A program made the translations under genes and the position numbers. A model generated the notes under the pieces. It did not search any database. It was not told where the DNA came from and worked only from the letters and a program-made list of their open reading frames with translations. Of a DNA stretch of 57,819 bases, positions 7,971 through 18,057 are shown piece after piece. The DNA lies in NCBI GenBank assembly GCA_964393345.1, contig CAYMTJ010000008.1, forward strand, positions 8,574 through 66,392, given 5' to 3'. Source of the DNA: an uncultured Anaerolineaceae bacterium (GTDB taxonomy: Bacteria > Chloroflexota > Limnocylindria > Limnocylindrales > CSP1-4). Each line of letters starts with the position of its first letter. Position 1 is the first letter of the stretch.

Positions 7971-9248
7971 ATGCTCCGCCAGGTGGACGCCGGATCGACC
8001 CTCGACCTCACCGACGAGCAGGCGGGGGGCCTGTCCGGAGCGCGCGGGCCCGGGATCCAGCGTGCCATGCGGATCATCGTCGCGCTGGCACACGCCGCCG
8101 GCGCCACGCGGCTCATCCCGGTCACCCGGGCGCACGTTGACGGCGTCCTCTATCACGGCCGGGCCAGCCAGGACTTCGTGGACTGGCTCACCTCGGCCGA
8201 CGCGAGGGTCGCGGTGCCGACGACCCTGAACGTCGCGGCGCTGGACCTGCTCCATCCGGGCCTGTTCCGCGGCAGCGAGACCGAGGCGGACGCCGGCCGG
8301 CGGCTCGTCGACGGCTACCTGCGGCTGGGGTGCCTGCCGACGATGACGTGTGCCCCCTATCAGGCGCAGGATCGTCCTGCACTTGGGGAGGACGTCGCGT
8401 GGGCCGAATCCAACGCGATCGTGTTCGTCAACTCGGTCCTGGGGGCGCGGACCTCGCGCTACGGGGACTTCAGTGACGTCGCCGGGGCCATCGCCGGCTG
8501 CGTCCCGTACGCCGGGCTGCATCGGCCCGAGGCGCGGCTCGCCAGCCTGGTCGTCGACCTCGACGATGCGACCACGGCGATGCTGGCGGACGAATCCGAC
8601 TTCGGGGCGCTCGGCCTGGTCGTCGGCGACCTGGCCGCCGGACGCGTCCCCGTGCTCGTCGGGCTTCCCGGATCGACCTCGGAGGACGATCTCAAGGCGC
8701 TTGGCGCGGGAGCGGCGTCGTCGGGGTCGGTGGCGATGTTCCATGCCGTCGGGATCACCCCGGAGGCGCCGACGCTCGATGCCGCGATCGGCCGCGATCA
8801 TGAGCCAGCCACCGTCCGGGTCGACGCTGCGCGGCTCCGCGCTGCCACGGCACGCCTCGCGACGGCACCCGATGGCCCCATCGACGCCGTCAGCCTGGGG
8901 ACGCCGCACTTCTCGGTCCGGGAGTTCGGGAAGGTCCGGGACCTGCTCGGCGAGGTCCCGGGGAGGATGCGGGTGGCGTGCCTCATCTCGACGTCGCGAG
9001 GCGTGCTCGCCGAGATCACGGCGCTCGGCTGGCTCGACGACCTGACCGCCGCGGGCGTGACCGTCGTGACCGACACGTGCACCTATGTGAGCCAGATCCT
9101 GCATCGACCCGACGGGATCACGATGACCAACTCGGCGAAGTGGGCGTTCTACGCTCCGGCGAATCTCGATGCCCGTGTCGTGTATGGCTCCCTGCGTGAC
9201 TGCGTCGCGTCCGCGAAGGCCGGTCGGGTCGTCCGGACGAGCTCGTGA
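7971..9248 (+). CDS. aconitase X catalytic (large) subunit, DUF521
   Basis: LTDEQAGGLSG..GIQRAMRIIVALAHAAGATRLIPVTRAHVDG... is a typical DUF521 N-terminus. An alternative ATG lies at 7935. The stop overlaps the next gene (GTGA). Confidence 0.8.
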   Translation: MLRQVDAGSTLDLTDEQAGGLSGARGPGIQRAMRIIVALAHAAGATRLIPVTRAHVDGVLYHGRASQDFVDWLTSADARVAVPTTLNVAALDLLHPGLFRGSETEADAGRRLVDGYLRLGCLPTMTCAPYQAQDRPALGEDVAWAESNAIVFVNSVLGARTSRYGDFSDVAGAIAGCVPYAGLHRPEARLASLVVDLDDATTAMLADESDFGALGLVVGDLAAGRVPVLVGLPGSTSEDDLKALGAGAASSGSVAMFHAVGITPEAPTLDAAIGRDHEPATVRVDAARLRAATARLATAPDGPIDAVSLGTPHFSVREFGKVRDLLGEVPGRMRVACLISTSRGVLAEITALGWLDDLTAAGVTVVTDTCTYVSQILHRPDGITMTNSAKWAFYAPANLDARVVYGSLRDCVASAKAGRVVRTSS

Positions 9249-9661
9249 CGCCCCCGGTGGCGGCCACGGTCCTGGTGCCGGGCCGGGCATCCGGGCCGCT
9301 CCTCGCGCTGGCCGAGCCACTGAGCCTGTGGGGTGGGGTGGACCCGGCGACGGGCCGGATCGTGGAGCCACGCCACGCGGACCATGGCGCCTCGATCGCG
9401 GGACGGATCCTGCTGATGCCGGCCGTCCGCGGCTCGAGTTCGTCCAGCTCCATCCTCGCCGAGCTGCTGCGCGCCGGCGCCGGGCCACGGGCGATCGTCC
9501 TTGGCGAGCCCGATGAGATCCTGGTCGTCGGCGCGGTCGTGGCCCGGGAGCTGTACGGCGTCGAGTGCCCGGTCCTCCGGCTCGAGCCCGATGCCTACGC
9601 GGCGGTCAGCGCGTTCGGATCGGCCACGATCGATCTCGACGGGACCATCACCGGCGACTGA
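9245..9661 (+). CDS. aconitase X swivel (small) subunit, DUF126
   Basis: 138 aa with PLSLWGGVDPATGRIV...GRILLMPAVRGSSSSSS, the DUF126 signature. It is translationally coupled to DUF521. Confidence 0.8.
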   Translation: MTPPVAATVLVPGRASGPLLALAEPLSLWGGVDPATGRIVEPRHADHGASIAGRILLMPAVRGSSSSSSILAELLRAGAGPRAIVLGEPDEILVVGAVVARELYGVECPVLRLEPDAYAAVSAFGSATIDLDGTITGD

Positions 9662-9754
9662 CCGCTCGCGCCAGGCGGCGGCTCGAGCGCTCGCGAGGGC
9701 GCCGGCAGCGGAGGCGTGGTTGCGGCTCCCGGGGCTCCGGGGTAGCGTTGGTCG

Positions 9755-11392
9755 GTGGGCGACGAGGGCGGCTCCAGCTTCCCGGCGCGACCGGTGGCAC
9801 CTGGTGGCAGCCGCCGTCCGTGGGTCGTCGCGGGTCTCGTCGTCGCGGCCATCGTCGCCTCCTTCCTCAGCGCGCGTCTGAGCCCCCAGCCAGAGCCCGC
9901 GCCCAGCCAGGCGATCGCCTCGATCCGCCCGACGGCGACCGCACCCCTGGACGATGCGATCGCGACCCCGCTGCCGCCCCAGGAGTGGTTCAGCGGGCCG
10001 GACGTGCCGCGCTGGGACGACCTCCTCGTCGAGACCAGCCAGGTCCGCTGGTTGCGACTCGGCGCACCGCGGCTGACCCCCGAACCGCTCGCCCGGCCGG
10101 GCCGCGACCTGCTCCTTCGTGCCGAGGGCGGTGGGACCGTCTGCCTCTGCTGGCAGGTACCGCGGGCCGCGTTCCGCGAACCCGGATCGCTCGACCTGGT
10201 CCGGACCGACGAGGACCGCCAAGCGGTGTCACGGACGACGGTCCTCATCAACGAAGAAGCTCATGCGGGTCGGGTGAACGGGCCGGAGCGGGCAGCCCTC
10301 GAACCGTCGCCCGACGGCCGATTCGTCTACCTGGCCCGTGCCGTTCGGGCCGAAGCCGCGTGGCGACTCTCCCTGGAAGTCATCGACCTGCGCTCCGCGA
10401 CGATCGTCGATCGCGTCGAACTGCTGTCGGTCGCCCAGGACAGCCTCTCGGACTGGGGCATCGCCGAGCGACCGACCTTGCGCATCGCCCCGGATGGCCG
10501 ACACGCGCTCGTCCTGTCGTCCATCTTCGCGTCCGAGCGGCTCGGGCGTCCGCCGCCGTCGCGACGCGCCTGGATCGTCGACCTCGACGGACCGTCGATC
10601 GATCGTGTCGTCGCCGCCGACGCGATCGCCGCCGTCGAAGCGCCGACCCAGGTGGGCGGCTGTCCGTGGACGGCCTTCGTGACCCCGACCATGATCGCGC
10701 GTGGCTGTCGACCGCCGGCGGGCGGGGACGCCATGCCCGACTTCTCGATCTCGCGGTTCGATCTCGAGGGCACGGCGCTCGACCCGGTCATCGTCGACGG
10801 GTCGATCCCGGCGCCGGTCGCCCCGCTGATCGACGCGACGCACGGCGTCGTGTACGGCTGGGATCCGGCCGAGCACTACGCCCTCGCGGTCGACCTCCTC
10901 GACCCGTCGGTGCGGAGCCGGAGCCTGGGGGATCTCGTCGTCGGCGCGGATCCAGCCGTCATCGCCGGCGACAGCCGACGTCCCGCGCCGGGCCCCGCCA
11001 TCACGTGGACCGACGGCCGCGATTCGACCGCCGTCGCGATCGACCGGCCGCTGGCCGGTTCGCCCGATGGTCAGGTCCTGTTCGCCACCAGCGATGGGTC
11101 TCGTCTCGGGAGCAGCGCCGGGATCCTCGTCTTCGGTGCGCCGGGTCTGCGGCTCTTGGAGCGCTGGCCGCCGCGCGCGTCGTACTCGTCGGTCACCGTG
11201 TTCGGCGACGGGCGATGGCTCGCTGCGCTGGGACGGCCTGGCGTGACCGCGACGGGTTCGCCGGCCGAGTGGGGTCCTTCGGTGACGATCCACGAGGCCA
11301 ACAGCGGCGTCTCCGTGCTGCGGATCGGCGACCTTGACGCCGAGCCCACGTTGGCGTTCCCGTGGCCCGGACCGCTGGCGGTCTCGCCGTAG
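9755..11392 (+). CDS. hypothetical membrane-anchored protein with beta-propeller-like repeats
   Basis: GTG start, N-terminal TM WVVAGLVVAAIVASFL, and recurring SPDGRF/APDGRH/SPDGQV motifs. I recognised no family. Confidence 0.55.
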   Translation: MGDEGGSSFPARPVAPGGSRRPWVVAGLVVAAIVASFLSARLSPQPEPAPSQAIASIRPTATAPLDDAIATPLPPQEWFSGPDVPRWDDLLVETSQVRWLRLGAPRLTPEPLARPGRDLLLRAEGGGTVCLCWQVPRAAFREPGSLDLVRTDEDRQAVSRTTVLINEEAHAGRVNGPERAALEPSPDGRFVYLARAVRAEAAWRLSLEVIDLRSATIVDRVELLSVAQDSLSDWGIAERPTLRIAPDGRHALVLSSIFASERLGRPPPSRRAWIVDLDGPSIDRVVAADAIAAVEAPTQVGGCPWTAFVTPTMIARGCRPPAGGDAMPDFSISRFDLEGTALDPVIVDGSIPAPVAPLIDATHGVVYGWDPAEHYALAVDLLDPSVRSRSLGDLVVGADPAVIAGDSRRPAPGPAITWTDGRDSTAVAIDRPLAGSPDGQVLFATSDGSRLGSSAGILVFGAPGLRLLERWPPRASYSSVTVFGDGRWLAALGRPGVTATGSPAEWGPSVTIHEANSGVSVLRIGDLDAEPTLAFPWPGPLAVSP

Positions 11393-11446
11393 GCCGGTCA
11401 GGCCGCGCCGCGCCGAGGTCCTGGATCGGTCCGTTCGCGGCGGCCG

Positions 11447-12178
11447 TCAGTCGATGCCGAGATAGGCCTTCTGGACCGTCTCGTTGTCGCGCAGGTTCTC
11501 GGCGCGGTCCGCCAGCACGATCTGACCCGTCTCGATGACGTAGCCGCGATCGGCGATCCCGAGCGCCTTGCGCGCGTTCTGCTCGACGAGCAGGATCGTG
11601 GTGCCGCGAGCGTGGAGCTCGGTGATCGTCTCGAAGATCTGGTCGACCAGCAATGGCGCCAGACCCATCGACGGCTCGTCGAGCAGGAGCACCTTCGGAT
11701 CGGACATCAGGGCGCGGCTCATCGCGAGCATCTGCTGCTCGCCGCCGCTCAGGGTCCCGGCGACCTGGCTCTCGCGCTGCTTGAGCCGCGGGAACAGGGC
11801 GAACGCCTCGTCCATGCGCTGGACGACGAGCGCCTTGTCGTTCACGACGAACGCGCCCATCTTGAGGTTCTCGGTGACGGTGAGGCGGGCGAAGATCCGG
11901 CGCCCCTCGGGGACCTGGACGACGCCCCTGATCATGATCTCGTGGGCCTTGAGCGGGCCCAGATCCTCGCCATGGAGCAGGATCTGACCGCTCCGCGGTC
12001 GGACGAGCCCGCTGATCGAGTTGAGCGTCGTGCTCTTCCCGGCGCCGTTGCCGCCGATCAGGGCGACGATCTCCCCCTCGTTGACCTCCAGCGAGATCCC
12101 ACGGAGCGCGTGGATGCTGCCGTAGTACGTGTTCACGTCCTTGACCGAGAGCACGGGCGTGGCGGGGGTCGTCGTCAT
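11447..12178 (-). CDS. livF: branched-chain amino-acid ABC transporter ATP-binding protein (LivF type)
   Basis: [36 protein letters not shown]. The internal ATG at 12178 overlaps the livG stop. The longer track ORF is read-through. Confidence 0.9.
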   Translation of the reverse strand: MTTTPATPVLSVKDVNTYYGSIHALRGISLEVNEGEIVALIGGNGAGKSTTLNSISGLVRPRSGQILLHGEDLGPLKAHEIMIRGVVQVPEGRRIFARLTVTENLKMGAFVVNDKALVVQRMDEAFALFPRLKQRESQVAGTLSGGEQQMLAMSRALMSDPKVLLLDEPSMGLAPLLVDQIFETITELHARGTTILLVEQNARKALGIADRGYVIETGQIVLADRAENLRDNETVQKAYLGID

Positions 12179-12990
12179 GCCTCGCTCGCCTCGTCCGCGG
12201 CGGCGACCGCGACGCCGGCCTCTTCCGCCCCTTCGCGGCCCAGGTACGCCTCGATGACCTGCGGGTCGCGCTGGATCTCCCGCGGCGTCCCCTCGGCGAT
12301 CTTGCGGCCGTAATCGAGGACCGTGATCTTCTCCGAGATGTCCATCACGACGCGCATCTCGTGCTCGATGAGGAGGACGGTGATCCCCAGCTCGCCCCGG
12401 AGGCGTCGGAAGAAGTCGGTCATCCGGAGTGACTCGGCCGGGTTCATGCCGGCCGTCGGCTCGTCGAGGAGGAGCAGCCGGGGCTTGTTGGCCAGGGCCC
12501 GCGCCACCTCGAGCCGGCGCTGGTCGCCGTACGGCAGCTTGACGGCCAGGTAGTCGCCCCGGCCCTTGAGGCCCACGAACTCGAGCAACCGGAGCGCCTC
12601 GGCGTGCGCCTCCATCTCCTCCCGACGCTGCGCACGGGTCCGGAAGATGGCCCCGAGCCAGGTGGAGTTCATGTGGTTGTGCTGCCCGACCAGCACGTTC
12701 TCGACCGCGGTCATGCTCGCGAACAGGCGGATGTTCTGGTAGGTCCGCGAGATCCCGAAGTGCGCGACCTGGTCCGGCCGAAGGGCCTGGATCGGGTGAC
12801 CGTCGAACGTGATGGTGCCCTCGTCGACGTGGAAGAAACCGGTGAGGCAGTTGAAGAACGTCGTCTTGCCGGCCCCGTTCGGCCCGATCACGCTCGCGAT
12901 CGAGCCCTCCTCGAGTTCGAAGTCGAGCTCGCTCACGGCCGTCAGCCCGCCGAAGCGCTTGGTCACGCCGGTCGCCTTGAGCAGGATCAT
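12175..12990 (-). CDS. livG: branched-chain amino-acid ABC transporter ATP-binding protein (LivG type)
   Basis: GPNGAGKTTFFN, YGDQRRLEVARAL, LLLDEPTAGMNP. Confidence 0.9.
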   Translation of the reverse strand: MILLKATGVTKRFGGLTAVSELDFELEEGSIASVIGPNGAGKTTFFNCLTGFFHVDEGTITFDGHPIQALRPDQVAHFGISRTYQNIRLFASMTAVENVLVGQHNHMNSTWLGAIFRTRAQRREEMEAHAEALRLLEFVGLKGRGDYLAVKLPYGDQRRLEVARALANKPRLLLLDEPTAGMNPAESLRMTDFFRRLRGELGITVLLIEHEMRVVMDISEKITVLDYGRKIAEGTPREIQRDPQVIEAYLGREGAEEAGVAVAAADEASEA

Positions 12991-14737
12991 GGCGCCGAGG
13001 CCTCGCGCCGTTCCTCATCGGTGATCAGTTGATCGTCCGGGAGCGCGAGCACATCCTCCTGCGTGTGCAGCTCGCGCCGCGTGACCCGCGATGGGAGCAG
13101 GCCTTCGGGCCGCAGGATCATGATGGCCATCAGGGCGAGACCGTAGAACAGGAGCCGATAGTCCGAGAACTCGCGGAAGAGTTCCGGCAACCCGATCAGG
13201 ACGAGCGCGCCGAGGACCACGCCCGGGATGCTGCCCATGCCGCCGACGATGACGATCGCCGCGACGTTGATCGACAGCTGGAGCTGGATGCTCGACGCGA
13301 AGATCGACCCGACCAGGCCGACGGAGATCGCGCCAGCGAGGCCGGCGAACGCCCCGCCGAGCATGTAGGCGAGCAGCTTCGTCTGCACGAGGTTGACGCC
13401 CATCCCCTCCGCGACGTCCTCGTCCTCGCGGATGGCCATCCACGACCTGCCGAGGCGTGACCCACGCAACCGCCAGGCCACGAACGCCACGACCGCCGCA
13501 CTCGCGAGCGCGAGGTAGTAGATCTGGACGGGTCCCGCGAGCCAGTCCGTGGGTGGCACGTCGATGGGCTTGGGGATGTTGAGGATGCCGCGCGGTCCGC
13601 CGAGCCACGGCTTGAGCAGGTCGGATCCCGCCAGGATCCGGATGATCTCGCCGAAGCCGAGCGTCGCGATCGCCAGGTAATCCCCGCGGATCCGCAGGAT
13701 CGGGAGGCCCAGGAAGAGGGCGACGAGCATCGCGAACAGGACGCCGAACGGGACCGCCTGCCAGAACGTCCAGCCCGCCAATCCGTACTCCGCGGTCGAC
13801 GTCAGGAGCGCGACGGTGTAGGCGCCGACCGCATAGAAGGCCACGAACCCGAGGTCCAGCAGCCCGGCCAGACCCAGCGTGATGTTGAGGCCGAGACCGA
13901 GCAGGACGAACAGGGCCACGATCGCGATGACCTGCGCGAAGAACGGCCCGAGCGCCAGCGGGAAGAAGAACACGAGCAGCAGGGCCAGGACGATCAGCGG
14001 CCCGATGACCAACCGCCGCTGCGACGCCGGCAGGGCATCGACCCGGCGCCGAGGTTGCGTGTTCCGCACGAGGACGTTGGCGCCCGCCGTCAGGACGACC
14101 ACGAGGACGGCACCGGTCACCGTCAGGCCCTCGGCGCCGAACAGCGTCCGTGCCAGGTCCGCCAGCGGCGTCACGAGCATCGGTGTCCGCAGCAGCCCGG
14201 CGAACAGGCCGAAGAACACCAGCGACGACAGCCCGACGACGATCGGGGAGCGGACGTTGGGCGGGAGGCCGAGGATGGCGCCCGCGAGCGCCCCCGTGAT
14301 CCCGCCCACGAGGATCGGGACGTAGGCGCCGGTGATGACGATCCCGTTCTCGAGCAGCTCGTACAGGACGGGCGAGGCGTTGAGGAACATCTCGCGCAGT
14401 TCGACGACCGAGCCGAAGGCGATCAGGCCCGTCAGAATCGCGCCCGAGATCGACCCGGCGACCGCACCACTGAGGATGGCCAGCGAACGTGACGTCTGCA
14501 CGTGATCCCGTGCCGCGACGTAGCCGATCGCCGCGAACGCGATCAGGAGCGCGGCCTGACCGAGCTCCACGATGCCGACGATCAGCGGTCGGACGGCAAA
14601 GACCGGCACGATCCCCACGAGGCAGAGGTAGATGGCGACCACGCCGCCGCCGATGCCGACCTTGACGAGTTTCGCCCAGTCAAGGCCCGCGGCCGGGGTG
14701 ACGCCGGTCGCACCCGCGCCGGGGATCGTCGTCGCGG

Positions 14738-14741
<4 letters not shown>
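12987..14741 (-). CDS. livM: branched-chain amino-acid ABC transporter permease (LivM type, long N-terminal membrane extension)
   Basis: 584 aa, highly hydrophobic, with 4-nt overlaps to both neighbours. Confidence 0.85.
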
Positions 14742-15814
<1,073 letters not shown>

Positions 15815-15855
15815 CGGTGGGTCTCCGTCGAGTGTCGGCCTTGAGGGGGTTGTGA

Positions 15856-15888
15856 CAGGGACGAGCGGGCGGTGCCCGCTCGTCCCTG
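15856..15888 (-). terminator. intercistronic stem-loop after the binding-protein gene
   Basis: Perfect 15-bp stem CAGGGACGAGCGGGC / GCCCGCTCGTCCCTG with a 3-nt loop. A second 7-bp hairpin CCCTCTT-atctc-AAGAGGG lies at 15901-15919. There is no U-tract. Confidence 0.6.
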
Positions 15889-15928
15889 TGGTTCGATCGT
15901 CCCTCTTATCTCAAGAGGGTGGGAAGGC

Positions 15929-17164
15929 CTACTCCGGCCAGATCGGGGTCGACGGCATCTTGAGCGCGTCGACGTCCGCCTGGGCGATCTGGTAGACCGC
16001 GATGACGGGAGCGCCGCAGTCCCCGGTGGGGGTGCAGCTGAGGGTCCCCGTCAGACCCGCGAAGTCCTTGGTCGCGAAGACGGCGTCACGGAGGGCGCCC
16101 TTCGGGATCGACAGCGAACCGTCCGCGTTCTCGACCGCGACCTTCTCGAGCGCCGCGAACAGCATGTTCGTGGCGTCATAGGCCTGGGCGTGGAACGCGC
16201 TGAGGGGGTCGCCACCGAACTTGGCCGCTCGCTTCTCGAGGAAGCCGGCATAGTCGCCGGTGAAGGCCGAGAAGTTCGGGCTCGTCTGGTAATGACCGAC
16301 CGCGGCGGCGCCGGCGGCCTTGAGGAAGTCGGCGGAGTAGTGGCCGTCCGCGCCCATCGTCTTGACGGTCTCGAGACCGGTCGTCGACGGGATCTGGGAC
16401 TTGAGGAAGCCGGCCTCGGCGATGAACAACGGCATGTAGATGAAGTCCGGCGTCGCCGCCGCCATCGTCTTCAGCGTCGTGCTCATGTCCGTGGTGCCCT
16501 TGGCGATCGCCTCGGAAGCGACGATCTCGCCGCCGAGCGCCTTGAACTCCGTCTCGAAGACCCCGACGAGTGCTTCGGCGTAGCCGGAGCCGTCATGGAT
16601 CGTGGCGGCCTTGGTGACCTTCAGCTCGTTGTAGGCGTACTCGGCCGCGACCTTGCCCTGGAACGAGTCGTTGTGCGCCGTTCGGGCGTAGCCCGCGTAC
16701 GTCGCGTCGCGATCCTCGGCGGTCAGGGCCGGGCGAGTGTTGGACGGCGAGATGGTCGTCAGGCCGGCCTCGGTGATCGTCTTGATGCCACCCACGACCT
16801 CGTCCGAGCAGGACGACCCGATCAGCCCGACGAGGGTGCTGTCGGCCGCGAGCTTGACGGCCGCCGTGGCGCCGCCCTCGGGCGTGCACAGCGCGTCTTC
16901 GGTGGTCAGCAGGATGTCGTGGCCCTTGAACTTGCCGCCGAGATCATCGATCGCGACCTCGACGCCCTGCTTGGAGTCCTCACCCAGGGACGCGTCGGCC
17001 CCGGAAAGGACGCCCCAGTAGGCGATGTGGACCGGCTCGCCGGATGGGATCTCCACCGTGCCGAGCGCGTCCGCCACGGGCGCCGACGACGCGGCCCCCG
17101 TGTTGCACGCCGCGAACGCCAGGATGCTGACGGCCGCGAGCGCACCGAGCTTGTGCATCTTCAT
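15929..17164 (-). CDS. branched-chain amino-acid ABC transporter substrate-binding lipoprotein (LivJ/K type)
   Basis: ATG at 17164 lies 5 nt after GGAGGAG. Signal peptide plus AFAAC lipobox, then a type-I periplasmic binding fold (IGSSCSDE, TISPSNT). Confidence 0.88.
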   Translation of the reverse strand: MKMHKLGALAAVSILAFAACNTGAASSAPVADALGTVEIPSGEPVHIAYWGVLSGADASLGEDSKQGVEVAIDDLGGKFKGHDILLTTEDALCTPEGGATAAVKLAADSTLVGLIGSSCSDEVVGGIKTITEAGLTTISPSNTRPALTAEDRDATYAGYARTAHNDSFQGKVAAEYAYNELKVTKAATIHDGSGYAEALVGVFETEFKALGGEIVASEAIAKGTTDMSTTLKTMAAATPDFIYMPLFIAEAGFLKSQIPSTTGLETVKTMGADGHYSADFLKAAGAAAVGHYQTSPNFSAFTGDYAGFLEKRAAKFGGDPLSAFHAQAYDATNMLFAALEKVAVENADGSLSIPKGALRDAVFATKDFAGLTGTLSCTPTGDCGAPVIAVYQIAQADVDALKMPSTPIWPE

Positions 17165-17358
17165 CCAAACTCCTCCATACGTCGGTCGAACCCACCTGGC
17201 CGGCGACCCGAACAGGTCCCGGGTCGCGCTCCGATGCCCTTGCTCGTTCCGTGATGCGGACCCGCGATGGGTCGCGTGACGGTTCGACCGGTGCATGATG
17301 GATCGGGCCCTGGACCTTCTTCGGGCGGCGCGCAGGTGGCCGCCGAAGCGATGCCGTA

Positions 17359-17386
17359 TATTAGGCACCGGCGTCCCGATTGCAAT
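17359..17386 (-). promoter_or_regulatory. candidate sigma-70-type promoter TTGCAA-N16-TAATAT for the liv operon
   Basis: Read on the minus strand. It is the only AT-rich patch in the spacer and implies a 5-prime UTR of roughly 185-190 nt. Confidence 0.35.
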
Positions 17387-17526
17387 ACCGGTCGGTCGCA
17401 CCCGTCAGCCCGTGCCGAGCGCCTGCCGCTCGCCGCCGACGAGGGGAGCGGCCCCGTACGACCATCGGTCGAGCCCCGGTCGGGGGCGAGCGGGTCCGCC
17501 GATCCTGTGCGAGGTTCACGTCCAGC

Positions 17527-17991
17527 GTGGAGTACCTGGTCCGAGCGGCCCGTGTCACGGACATCGATCGACTCGTCGCGCTCAGCGACGGGCCCGTTCG
17601 TGCCGTCCGCGATGAAGGCCCGCTCGTCGCCGCGGATCTCATGCGTCAGCTCGTGTACCTGCCACAGGCCAGCATCATCGTCGCCGAGACGCAGCGCGTG
17701 GTGGTCGGCGGGGCGGTCCTCGCCCTCCGTCCATCCGTACGGTCCGGCGGTTTCGTCGGGACGATCGACCTCCTGGTCGTCGACCCGGATCATGACCCCG
17801 ACCGGATCACGGCCGCGCTCGTCGAGGAGGTTCTGCGGTCCGCGAGCAACAAGGGCTGCACCGTCGTCGAGACGGTCCGACCCGACGATCAGGCGGCAGC
17901 GGCTCGCCTCAAGGGGATGGGGTTCGGCGAGGCCGGGCCACGTCTGCAACGAACCGTGGCTGCGGCGGGTTCCGCCGCGCGCCGCATCTGA
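17527..17991 (+). CDS. GNAT-fold (acetyltransferase-like) protein, degenerate motif A
   Basis: A GTG start gives VEYLVRAARVTDIDRLVAL... The topology is GNAT-like, but the acetyl-CoA Q/R-x-x-G-x-G/A motif is not obvious. Confidence 0.45.
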   Translation: MEYLVRAARVTDIDRLVALSDGPVRAVRDEGPLVAADLMRQLVYLPQASIIVAETQRVVVGGAVLALRPSVRSGGFVGTIDLLVVDPDHDPDRITAALVEEVLRSASNKGCTVVETVRPDDQAAAARLKGMGFGEAGPRLQRTVAAAGSAARRI

Positions 17992-18057
17992 CATGACCGT
18001 CGCCACCGTGCTGCGAGATCGCGCCGGTCGGGCGACCCGATAACCCAAGGAGTCACC

